A stretch of 63,644 nucleotides of DNA, counting the filler, from Reticulomyxa filosa (lineage: Eukaryota > Protista > Foraminifera): NCBI GenBank assembly GCA_000512085.1. It is 19 parts of 19 records of this genome, joined end to end, with 100 filler letters (N's around TTAATTAATTAA, not from the genome) between each part and the next. Parts side by side here need not be neighbours in the genome. Positions count along the whole stretch, not along the records: positions 12,857 to 16,932 come from ASPP01000018.1; positions 17,033 to 19,251 come from ASPP01038998.1; positions 19,352 to 20,528 come from ASPP01020969.1; positions 20,629 to 27,755 come from ASPP01021759.1; 15 more parts are not named here. One strand, 5' to 3'. The notes beneath the pieces were generated by a model. It saw nothing but the letters and a program-made list of their open reading frames with translations, did not search any database and had not been told where the DNA came from. The position numbers and the translations under genes are program-made. Below, in pieces: positions 13,550 to 25,100 of this stretch. Numbering within the stretch: position 1 is the first letter of the stretch; every line of letters begins with the position of its first letter.

Positions 13550-13720
13550 AATATTGAAATAATTAGTAAAGATTTAATAAAAAACCAAAATGATATTTAA
13601 AAATTACACGATTTATAGATATTTTTTAAAAATTATGTCTGGATGTTGTTTTTTCATGTAGAAAATAAATCATATATATAATGTGCCGTTTTATGTCAAC
13701 TTTACTTTGCATTCTTTTGC
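13550..13720 (+). mobile_element. Further degenerate 3' end of the same Tc1-like element
   Basis: gtaaagatttaataaaaaaccaaaatgatattt and atgttgttttttcatgtagaaa match 8559-8633. The TIR is eroded. Confidence 0.6.
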
Positions 13721-14557
13721 AAAAAGAATTACATGATTACTACTAATTATTTGGAAGATAGTAATTCATCAACGCTCAAAACAATTATACGTTGATCGTG
13801 TCTATTAAAAATTGTTTGTGATACAATATAAACATAAAGTAACATCAAAATATTCATATTCGTTGGAAATGCTTTGAAACAAAATAAATTCATGTTACAC
13901 AAAATGAATATATTACATATGATCACAAGCCAATTGTACCACAAGCGATTTGAAATTCATTAATGTTATATTTTCGTTGTCATACATTGTCACAGCATCA
14001 AGGAGCTCAAGTGATAGTTGGGCTATTCGCGAATGTTTGTATTTGCCAAGATTAATTGAAGATTTAAATAAGTTTTTGTTTCACGTACCAGTGGCAAAGA
14101 ATGCGCCAAACATGAACTTGGTAGAAATCAATCTTTTCTCAGTGATAGTATGTATGTATAGTATTTGTTAATTAACATAAACTAAAAACTGACACATAAA
14201 TATATGCTAACTATAATTGACAGTTTCATAATCTAAGTGTCCGCCATTTGCAAACGAATATATATACATGTAACACATTAGACAATACTATCAAAGCAAA
14301 ATAACGTACTATGTCAAAGATGATGAAATATGTAAATTGTTTAAATCAAACAATATAATTATGATAGATTTCATCGTTACATGAAAGAACGTTTAGTCAT
14401 TACTTGTATTGATTGTAGTATAGACTTTACAGTCCTTATTTTTACTAGCAATTGCCACTTCGTACAACATTACGCTAAATAAAGTGTCGAAGTTTAGTCC
14501 ACATGAACTGGTGAAGGACAAAAGCGTGGGGAGTCTACAGTGAAGAGCTTCACTAAA

Positions 14558-14748
14558 TGTAATACGAAAGAGTGTTACTCTCAATGAGAGCGACTTTCAG
14601 TAAACAAAGTAAATTAAAGAATAAATCAGAAGACAAAAGAAGTAAGAGAGAAAACAAGTAAGAGGTAGTTTGTTGAGGAGGTTTAACCCAAAGGGAGCTC
14701 CTCAGTTCCATAAGCGTTCAGCCATGTGTAATAAGGGCTTGCCCTACA
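14558..14748 (-). repeat. LTR-like repeat family, copy B
   Basis: TGTAGGGCAAG...CTGAACG...GGAACTGAGGAG...GGTTAAACCTCCTCAACA, T-rich tract, ...CGTATTACA. 191 bp. Confidence 0.75.
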
Positions 14749-14804
14749 CCAATGTAGAATGTACAATCATTTTTCCTCTTCTGCTTCTAACAGTCCACAC
14801 TAAC

Positions 14805-15004
14805 TGTAATACTAGAGATTTGCTACTTAAAGAAAGTGTAAATCCCTTGAAACGAAATTAAATTAAATAAGTAAACGTAAATTTAGAAGAAATGAAAGAA
14901 AAGAGACAAAGGAGAAAGAAGTAAGTTGTGAAGAAAGTTTAGCCTAATGCGGATTCCTCAGTTCCATTTACGTTCAAGTATTTATAGTATAGACTTGTCT
15001 TACA
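14805..15004 (-). repeat. LTR-like repeat family, copy A
   Basis: TGTAAGACAAG...TATAAATA...GGAACTGAGGAATCC...GGCTAAAC...AGTATTACA. 200 bp, 56 nt upstream of copy B. Confidence 0.75.
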
Positions 15005-15418
15005 CCAGACTTCACATCATATATTACATTTGGTTCCAAATCTACCTTCACTTTTACAAAGAATATATATTGCACATATGCGTATGTGTTTTTAATTATA
15101 TTAATGAACAAAATAATGTAATGCTTTAACTTCAAGGTTATAATTTCACGCATTATTCTTGACGTTCACTCAAAAGGGGAAAGAATTAGTTTGTACATAA
15201 GAAGGTAAGTATTAAATAAAAATTTCCCTTTTAAAAAAAAATATTTAAATTTGATTATTTCAAATGAGGACTTGACGTTGTTGAAACAGTACATGTCATA
15301 TTACAAGTATTACTTCTGCATCAAGCCTACTATAGCTATTGCACATTTTATTTAGATAGAGCTACATTCAGTATTTTTTAAAGAGTTCATAGCATAATAA
15401 ATGAAAATTGTATCCAAG

Positions 15419-15615
15419 TGTAGGGCAAGTCCCTATTATAAGTATCTGAACGTCAAGGGAACGGAGGAATCCCCAGTAGGTTAAACTTCCTCAACAGCCT
15501 ACTTCTTACTTTGTTACTTTTCTTTGCTTTTCTTTTGTTATTTTGTTTTATATTTAAGTTACTTTCGTTTTACGAAACTCCGATTCTATTCTAAGTAAAC
15601 ACCTCTCGTATTACA
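15419..15615 (+). repeat. LTR-like repeat family, copy C
   Basis: TGTAGGGCAAG...CTGAACG...GGAACGGAGGAATCC...TAGGTTAAACTTCCTCAACA...CGTATTACA. 197 bp. Confidence 0.75.
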
Positions 15616-16383
15616 ATTAATGCGCCAATACTATCAGCAGACGTCCCACACAAGTATCAAAACAAATTGCAAGATATTTCAATTATTGTGTTTCCTTCAT
15701 TGCAAATTACTACTAATGTATTATATCGTTTTTTTTTATGTCTATTTGCTATTGTTTTTTGTATAGTATCGAACACTCAAAACAGGATAAAGTAAAAAGG
15801 ACTGCATTGTGCATTATCAAAAACAACATTTCTCCTGATAAGATAAGAATGAACAGTACTTCAAAGAAATGCAATCAAATAAAGAGATCCTTTAATATCT
15901 CAGGAATAGTTCATCTTAAAATACCTCACTAAGCTGTAACTGTATGCAAAGCGAATATATTACCAACAATAAATCTTTTCGAATATTACACAATATTTGA
16001 AAATTTGGTCTTTCTTACAATCGAACACTTTACTCCTTGTATGTCTTTACACTTACTATAAGCATTTTTATTCACATTATTTGCTGTTTGTTTTGTTTGA
16101 GAGATATTATTCCTTTTAAGATGCTGTATCATTCCATGCTTGTTTCAGTGACGTCCACTGCAAGGCTGTGTGATATCTTTGCTACAATATGTTATTCCAA
16201 ATGTAACTTCAGAAAAAACAGTTTTTTTTTTTACCGATTTGAAAGAAAAGAGAAATTGCAGTTAAAACAGTAGTTTTATAGCAAAAAGAAAACGCTGACG
16301 TTTTTTGGTTTATGAAATGAAACTTTGATTATTTCATTATTGCTCATAAACGCTGTCTGAATTTATCTGCAAAGCATTTGGCA

Positions 16384-16859
16384 ATGAATGATGAACCTAG
16401 TGTAAGTGTTGGTGATGAAGAAAATGAAAGCAAGGAAGAGACAGAAGAACAGCATAGCCTCGAACAGCATAGCTTCGAACAGCATAGCCTCAAACAGCAT
16501 AGCCTCGAACGGCATATGATGCTCAGCCACAAGCTCGGTGAAGAATTGACTCAGCAAAGAACATCATTTTCTGTCCTTGACCCTTCAAACGAGATATTGC
16601 ATCCCGACTACCAATTGGCTCGGGGATTTTTTTTTTTTTTTTTTAATTCGGGTATATTCCCGAGAGCAGTTCAATGTGCAACAAACAAAAAAGGTGGAAC
16701 AAAGTAGTGGATGGGATCTGAGCAAGAGCAAACTAACGGAAAAGGTCTTATGGCTATTTTATATAAGAAACTGGATATTCGATTACAACATGACACTATT
16801 TAAAGCAGACGTAACTGCAGGACTGACTGTGGTTGGTATGGCGATCCCACAAGCCATCG
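16384..16859 (+). CDS. SLC26/SulP family anion transporter, 5' part
   Basis: WIFDYNMTLFKADVTAGLTVVGMAIPQAI matches the SulP TM1 signature. N-terminal EQHS(L/F) repeats. The frame changes at a 28-nt poly-T segment near 16625-16652. Confidence 0.85.
16447..16515 (+). repeat. 15-bp coding tandem repeat (GAACAGCATAGCCTC-like, about 4.5 copies)
   Basis: Encodes EQHSL EQHSF EQHSL KQHSL ERH. Confidence 0.9.
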
Positions 16860-17032
16860 GTACCCCCCAAAAAAAAAAATTTTTTTTTTTTTTTTAACCA
16901 ACTTCCAAAAAAAAAAAAAAAAAAAAAAAAAANNNNNNNNNNNNNNNNNNNNNNNNNNNNNNNNNNNNNNNNNNNNTTAATTAATTAANNNNNNNNNNNN
17001 NNNNNNNNNNNNNNNNNNNNNNNNNNNNNNNN

Positions 17033-17068
<36 letters not shown>

Positions 17069-17069
<1 letters not shown>

Positions 17070-17560
17070 TCGAGTTGGCCAACGAATACAATTTACCTCT
17101 TTATGTTCATGAGAGATTAGCCCATCAAGACTTGATTGATATTTTAATGAAAAAGAACAAAAATAAAAATGGGAACAATGTCATTGTTCACTGCTTCACC
17201 GGAACAAATGATGATCTTGCACAAACCAAAACACAGTTGTTGAAATATTTGGAATTGGGCTATTTCATTAGTGTTTCCGGCTATATTTGTAAAAGCAAGC
17301 TCGGACAGGCTTTGAGGGAGGTCATCCCACTTATTCCTTTGGAAAAGCTAATGGTTGAGTCCGATGCGCCATATATGCACATTGGCGACAAAAGGGTCCA
17401 AAAGTGGAAATTATTAGACGGAAAAGAAAACGAGCCCGTTGTTTTACCTTTAATTTTTGAAAAACTTGCTGAATGTTACAAACACAAGTACTCTTTTGAG
17501 GAAATTGCCAAAAAGACAACTGCAAATGCAATTAATTTTTTTCGGTTTGCTCCTCTTTAA
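17069..17560 (+). CDS. TatD: TatD family DNase, C-terminal exon
   Basis: LPLYVHER, IVHCFTG, IPLEKLMVESDAPY, NEP and TTANA motifs. Confidence 0.92.
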
Positions 17561-17713
17561 GTTCAATTTTTTCCTCCTCCCCTCCTCAACAATGCTGATT
17601 TGTTTCGCTATACTATATCTTTGAGTATCTGCTAAGTTAGATCGAAAAATAAAAAATATGCAAGTACTTTACATCCCAGGACATAAACCTTGTGTGAGTT
17701 TTTTTAGTTACGG

Positions 17714-19134
17714 TCAAGGTGTTTTTTTGGAAGGGGGAGAACTCTTGAGTGTTTTTGTAGACTTTGAGTACGAAACCTTTTTTTTTGCAACGAATTCATA
17801 CTGCAAATCAATGTCGTTACAATCACCGATCAGTCGTAAAAAACCTGCTGGACAAGCCACTTTGCGTTTCTTGCGAAAGACTTCTTCTGGTGTGTTTGAG
17901 GAAATCTCACGAACAAAAACTGCGGTTCGTGATAGCAAAGAAGAACAATTTTTGCACAACAATGGTAAAAGAGGAAACCTGGTGAATTCTGGGCAGTCAA
18001 AGGAGAACCATGCTTGTGGGAGATTTATAAAACTCCTGTTGTTTGTCTTGCTGGCAATTGTAGCGATCGCAGCCGTTAATGTTTTATGGAGAAATATTAT
18101 TTTTTGTAGATTTTTAAGGAGTTGTAGAAATCCATTTTGTTTATGATTGATGGCGTGATATACAATGTATGACTACAAACAAAAATCTGCGTGATACAGG
18201 TTGTTATAGTATCCTCTTCTTGGGAAAAGCACGAAAGCATCCAACCAAGTTTTGGCCCAACCTTGAACGACCAACTTCACTATTGGCAAGTTACGCTCTT
18301 CACTGGTCTGAAAAACGCAACCAATTCAGTGATGAACTTTTATAACACTTTTAGTTTTGAGAGTTGATGAAAACGTTTTGTCGTTGCTTTTGGGTTGATT
18401 TGGGGATTATTTAATTTAAACTTCATTTTTGTTTGTAAATATTACCCCTTGGAGTATATTTTTGCTTCTACTCTCGTTCCTTCAAGAACAATTCCACTTT
18501 TTGAACTCGGGATGACATCACTAGTTATACTATATTCAATGGAGGTATTTATATACGGTAAGTGTATGTTTTCCAATTGTAAAGAATTTGGTGTTAGTTT
18601 CCACCAACTACTCTTTTTTGAGACAACCAAGATAATCATAAAAAAGAATCAATAATATAGGGCTATTAACACAGTATGCCTTCATCTTGCAGTAAAAACA
18701 TCTATCGGGTAGAAGGCCAACATTTACATCAAATAACTGTTTAATCAAAAAATGTAACTTTTTTTTGTTGATTTTTTTTAAAAAGTGCTATCTTCAAGCT
18801 GTGTCCGTACCTCTGAAGGACGGATTTAACAACAATCAGGATTTTATACTTAATAAACAAAGATTCCTTTGGTTCATCAAAGACGAAATTGATGAGGTTA
18901 TCGAGCAAATGAGAGAAGCGACAATATGACGTGTAAAGATTAAGAGTCAAAAGGAAATGGCATAAAGGCTTCATGTAATATGAATGAGATGACAAAAATG
19001 ATCAAATAATCGCCAGAAGTCTGGCAAAACACTAGTTGGTGACGCAGTCAAAGTCAAGGCAGTCGTAAAAACGCAATGAAAAAGTCGACAATGCAAAGAA
19101 GTGCGCTGCTGCATGAGCTGTAAAACAAGACAAT
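17714..19134 (-). CDS. Multi-exon hypothetical protein, 5'-partial
   Basis: A series of open minus-strand segments separated by GT-AG-bounded AT-rich gaps. No family recognised; boundaries approximate. Confidence 0.4.
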
Positions 19135-19215
19135 CTAATTTATTTTTTTTAATGATATTTACGTATACATACACATAAGTATACATATATGTATATATTG
19201 TAGATTCAATAAATA

Positions 19216-19251
19216 CAGTAAGATAAAAAAGAAAGTTGAAACCTAAAATGC
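19216..19251 (+). mobile_element. Tc1-like TIR at contig end
   Basis: TA followed by CAGTAAGATAAAAAAGAAAGTTGAAACCTAAAATGC is the reverse complement of the TIR ending at 13097 (one mismatch). Confidence 0.85.
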
Positions 19252-19351
19252 NNNNNNNNNNNNNNNNNNNNNNNNNNNNNNNNNNNNNNNNNNNNTTAAT
19301 TAATTAANNNNNNNNNNNNNNNNNNNNNNNNNNNNNNNNNNNNNNNNNNNN

Positions 19352-19641
19352 AATGTTGGGTTTTTCGTTGGATGCAATGTTGGGTTTTTCGTTGGGTGCA
19401 ATGTTGGGTTGTTTGTCGGGTGTGGGGTTGGGGCATTGGTCGGCACTTTTGTGGTGAGAGGGCTCGGTGTCGGGGCACTTGTCGTTGACGGGGACGACGT
19501 TGGGACCTTAGATGGAGACTTGCTTGGAAAGGCTGTGGACACTTGTGCGATGGATGGAGACAACAGCAACAGCAAAAATAACACATGCACCAACCACGTA
19601 TATGATCCCTTTTGAAGCATCTTTTTCATGGATGCGTTCAA
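19352..19641 (-). CDS. Secreted/surface protein with signal peptide and PT-rich repeats, 3'-partial
   Basis: VLFLLLLLSPSIA-Q signal-like segment followed by PTxx repeats (PTKNPTLH). Confidence 0.7.
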
Positions 19642-20631
19642 CCGAATTTCAAAAAAAAAAAAAAATTACATATGAACGGTGTGTTTATATGTGTTTCGAA
19701 CAATTACATTTTTTGTCCGTTTATTGTACTTCAGATTTGGTAGTTAAAAAGCATTCCAATGAAACTTTTCTAAACCAAGGCTTGTCTTGGTTTTGAAACA
19801 CTGTATTTCACAACAGTTAATTTTTTTTTATAGTTGACAAGACTAGCAAAGTCGGAACAGACCATCTCGAAAAGATACCTTGCAAAACAAAAGAAAGACA
19901 ACAAAGTGCAGCTTTGTGACAACATAGAACATTTCTTATTTGTTCCAATTTGCTGAATTTGATTGAGATATGTGTTACATTTTGGAAAGTGAAAGAACAC
20001 CAAGGACTTTTCACTACCAGAACCTTACTGATACCACGATCATTACTTGAGATTGGACGTTGAGCATTGCCACCCTTTTCAGAATTTGCAAGTTTGTGTT
20101 TAGCAAAAGCAGACCGAGTGATAGATGGCCAAGATTTAACGTAATAGAAAATACAGAATCGCATTTCAACTAAAAAAAAATCATAAACAAAGGTACAGAT
20201 CTGACTTTGTTTTTACGGAAAAAATATGCCAAAAGAAGATTTTTTTTTTGAATAACCCAGTGGTCATTGAGAAAAACGGAAAAAAATACTGATTCGCTCA
20301 ATTGAAATCCACTCCGAATCCCCTTTTCCAGTTTACAATTAATTGGAAACAATTTAAGCCTGTTGTCTAGCAAATGTTTGTATGAACTCTGTTCCGTACA
20401 ACAAAGATAGACTTCCATTGTCAAGTTGAAATGCTTCGGCTCTTCTGCTGCAGCTGAAGTTGTCCTTAGATGGGGGTTCTACATATGCACACAAAACCAA
20501 ATGTTGTTTACAAAAGCAAAAAAAAAAANNNNNNNNNNNNNNNNNNNNNNNNNNNNNNNNNNNNNNNNNNNNTTAATTAATTAANNNNNNNNNNNNNNNN
20601 NNNNNNNNNNNNNNNNNNNNNNNNNNNNAAC

Positions 20632-20912
20632 TTGTAGAACGTATGGTGCCAGATTTTTTCCATATCGTCCCAGTTGGTTACGATGCCGTGTTCAATAGGA
20701 TATCGGAGGGATAAAATACCTCGCTTTGCTTGGGCCTCATCACCAACGTAGGCGTCCTTTTGGCCCATGCCGACCATCACACCTTGGTGTCTTGGTCGTC
20801 CGACAATGGATGGGAAGACGGCTCGTGGAGCATCGTCACCGGCAAATCCTGCCTTAACCATCCCACTTCCGTTGTCAATGACACATGCGGTTGACTCTTT
20901 ATCTTCAGACAT
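20632..20912 (-). CDS. ACT: Actin, first exon
   Basis: [41 protein letters not shown]...[13 protein letters not shown]. Donor AA|GTT at the contig end. Confidence 0.99.
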
Positions 20913-22133
20913 TTTCTTTAGTTCTTAGTGATAAAAGTTACAAAGAATGCAAAAACAAACCAAAACAAAGCAAAGTGAAGAAGAAAAAAATTGTGACCCT
21001 TCCAGAGAACGTTTTTAAAAAAGTGGTTTTGCTCTACGGAACAGCAAAAATAGTAATACATACTGTGCGCAGTATTTTTGGAGACCGTTTTCAAAGATTA
21101 GCCAAATCTTACTGCAATTTTTTGAAACAAGTACATAATTTGGGTTTATTAATATTTTGTTACAGAAATGTACAAAAGAAGCGTGACTGGAAAGCTACAT
21201 TGTAAGATAAGATCTCTCAAAAAGGAACAACTAAAATCAACGGTGAAAATACATCCTAAGATGCAATAAGTAGGGTGAGTGTCAATGCAAAGTAAAACCA
21301 AAAAACACACGAACAAAACACAAACTTTTTTCCCAAGTATAAATTGAATTTGAGTTCATTTGCCGTTCTTGAAAGCCTTTACATGGGTTTGTGTTGTCCA
21401 AAACAAAAACAAAGCTCACACAAAAATCAATGCAAACAAAAGCCGAAAACAACTTTGTTAAAACAAACAAGGGTTAATTTTGTGTTCCTTCGGCAAGCGC
21501 TATCACACATTTGAAAATTAGAAGAGGACACAAGCAAAGAGTGGAAAAAAAAATTAATTTAAAAAACCAAGAGTCCGAAGACAATCAGTTTTAATATTTG
21601 AAACAAAAAAAAAAAACATGTAAATAGTGACCAATCCCAAAGAGAAATCCCTTCCCTCACACCCTCTTATCTCCCCAAGTACACCAAAATGCATATTTTT
21701 TAAATTCCCTCTTTTTTCAATACCAATTACCTTTTTTTTTTCTTTTGGAATTGTTTTGCTGTTCTTCTTTTCTTTTTGGAAAAAATAAACAAAAGCACGA
21801 AATAACCAGAAAAAGTGATGCAAAAATCAACAAACCTACACATACATAAACAAAAAAAAACAAGGCATGAGAGGAAAAAAAAAGCACATCAATGCAGAAT
21901 CCAACTGTTCCTTTCAGGTAAAAATAAAAATCGCATTGACTTCGTCCAACAACCCAATGATGGGATTTAGACCTTGCGTTTATTGTCTGTAGTACAATTC
22001 ATTTGAAGAGATAACACCCATTGCGCACGTACAAGCGATACACACGCACGCAAGCAAAAAATTCAAACAAATTGTCATCTAAAAAAAAATAAACAGCACA
22101 CACACACACAAAATCTACTTTTGGACAAAACTT

Positions 22134-25100
22134 TCAGTTTGTGATTTGGTTGGTAGACTGTCTCTGCGGTACTGGGGCAGTGATACGTTGTCCAGGACCA
22201 AGTTCAGGTGCACTTGAGGTGCTATTGACGGTAATGGTGTTGGCAACCATTCTTGGCGCGATGGACGTGACGCACGACGTAGCCGGATTTTTGGTGTTCA
22301 CGCCAAAACTAAGACTTGAACTGGTTGAAACCAGCGTGTTGTTGGCATTGTTGCTCGTGGACAGCGTGATAGGAACTGTTAGCGATTGTGTGCTTGTCAT
22401 GTTGAACGAAGACGTATTGTTACTGTGCAACGAGGCGGACAACGAATTCAACATATCCACTGTTTGTTCTTTTGATAGAGTTGACGAAGAAACCAATGGG
22501 TCAGTTTTTATTGTGCTGGGGTTCAAACACAAAGACCCAAAAGCATTCAACGCCTGATTGCAACTGGGATCAGTTGAACCCAAGTATTCCACCAATGCAC
22601 TGCAATCCACATTCAATAAATCCAAATTCTAAAAAAAAAAATATTTGCAAAGGGTGTGCACATATACGTATACACAAGTGTTTTTATGTTGCTATCATCG
22701 CTACTTTTTTTTTTTTTTAAAAAAAAAAGAAATGTAACAACTGTGCCAATGTTCAGCAAATCTTGATTTAACAATTGCATTGTGTTTGTATTGGTCGAAG
22801 TGGTATCAAGTCCGAAATCATTTTTGGACCGTGCCAAATTGGAAGTAGCGTTAAGTAAATTGCTCATACTATTGGAAAGGATGGAAGAGACACCAGCAAG
22901 CTGATTTGTATTTGTGGTCGTGGTGGCCGCCGCGGATGAGAAAATGTTGGATGGCACCGGCGTTTGAGTGGGTGTGGCCACAGGTATACTGTGAACATTG
23001 CCTTGGCTATTGAGCACAGCGTTGAGCGAGCTGAACAAATTGATGGGCGTAGGCGTGGACGGGTTAAATGACGTGGCAAGCCCAAAATCAGATCCACTGC
23101 TTGACGCACGTGTAAGTCCATTAGGAATAATGGAGCCAAGGAACGAGCCAATGTTTGCAGGAGTGGAATTAAGCATCGAAGGCGAGGGCGAAGGCGTGGG
23201 CAAAGGAAATTGCAACAGGTCTTCCACTCCAGGTGTTCCAACAGGAGTCATCGAGCTTTGATGCAAGTCGCCCAAATTGCTAACGCTGAACAAGTTGCGC
23301 GTATCAAGAGTCGCACTGCCATTGGTATGGATTTCTGCATTGCCTTGTGTCGGCGTGTCATTCGAGCTTTTTTGAGTACCCGCGCTGTTCGTCGGGATCG
23401 GAGCACGTGCGACAATCGGAACGTTCTGAGCTGCTGCCAGCAACTGTGCCGATACGTATTCCAATTGTGCAGGCGTGAGTGATGCCAAATATTCTGAGGC
23501 CATGGCATTGAAATCTGGTCCAGACTGTTGTGTTCATTTTTCATAGTTTAATATATTACATATAAATAATTTTTTGTTTTGTGTATTGCAATACGTATAA
23601 TCAATTCTTTTCATTAACAACACAACAGCTTCATTCACTCAACTTGCAAGTTTTGTGAGGACGTATCCAAATTCAAAGGAGGATATCCAAGGTTTAAATC
23701 TTGAAGCGATGTTTGTTGCTGAAGGGGCATTAGTCCGTATGCCATTGGCACAACGCTTTGGGTTTCAAACATATTTGAAGACATTCCCATAAATGGAACG
23801 CTCATATTCGTGGTGGCGGCGGTGCTGCTTGTATTCAAGTCGCCCATGCTCGATGTTCTAAAGTACTGTCCAAAACCAGTTACATTTGTGTCCGACACGC
23901 TATTTACATTGCCACCGTTTGTGTTCATGTTGATCAGTGTCTGCGGCAAAATGGGTTTTATCACAAGTTCTTTCGTTTCCTGTTTGCGTGCCTTGGTTTT
24001 TTTGCTCTTCTTGTCTTTTGATTTCGACTTTTCTTTTTTCTTTTTATTTTTTTTAATGCTTTTGCTTTTGTTTTTTGCCTTGTTTTTTTTTTCGATGGCT
24101 TTGTTGCATTACTGTCATCCGTCTCGGTTTCATTTTCAGTGATCTTGTTCTAATATCAATTCACAATGCATATACACACGTTCCTTCTTTGTCTTAAGCA
24201 CATACAACAAATAAATACAACAATAATACAAAACGGTTCTTTCATTGTGACCACAGTTATGTGGACAGGTCTTAATATCATCCTCTTCTGAGACAACCAT
24301 TTTTTTGGCTTTGCTATCTTTGTTTGTGCAAGCATCAACTTCGTATCCGTCCATTGTCTTGTTTTCGTCTGTTGCTTGTACATTATCATAAGGTTGGTTT
24401 AATGTGTTCGTTCGAACTGTAAATGGCACAGCGTCTGGTCTCAATTTTGATTTTGGTTGCAATTTCGTTTTTACTTTTGCTTTGGATTTGGATTTTGATT
24501 TCGATTTCGATTTTGACTTTTTCGATTTCAATGTTGTGTTGCTCTTTTTTTTTTGGCTTTTGCTGTTCCCGCCTCACCACAACAAGATTTTTTGCTATCC
24601 TTGCCACCACCAATTTCCACTGATTGTTTTAGTTCTGATTCTTCTACTCATTCATTTCATTTGAGTCAGTTATACAAATTTTTTTATATTTTGTTGTTGT
24701 GAATGATTGCCACTTGTAAATTTTATTCTTTTTTTTTTTAAAAAAAGGATTTCAAATTGCCAGCAAAAATCAAAATAAGATTTCTTACCTTTGTTCTCCA
24801 ATGTTTCTCCGGCATTGATGGAAGATGCTCCCCCAAATGTATTGCCAGCACTCCACTGTTGCCCATTCTTTTGGCTCTTTAGCATTTTGTTTTTGTAATG
24901 CTTCATGGATGGACTCGTGGAAGAACTGCTTGAACAATCACTTTCGTCTCCCTCCATCTCATTTTCATATTCATTCTCATCATTTGATTCTATTTTGCCC
25001 TCATTTTCATCGTCATTGCTTTCATTATCTTCTTCTTCTTCCTCTTCACTGCTTGTGTCGTCGTCACTGTCGGCCTCAGTGTCAGTGTTAGCACTCTCAT

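Noticed and set aside
14680-14712. CTGAGGA...TAAAC as a hammerhead ribozyme core
   Set aside because: The required GAAA is TAAA in all copies, and copies C and D read CGGAGGA and CGGTGGA rather than CUGANGA.
16860-16932. Runs of alternating homopolymers (also 38000-38030, 61010-61070 and 61398-61440)
   Set aside because: They occur next to long poly-A/T tracts or contig ends; probably low-quality base calls within introns.
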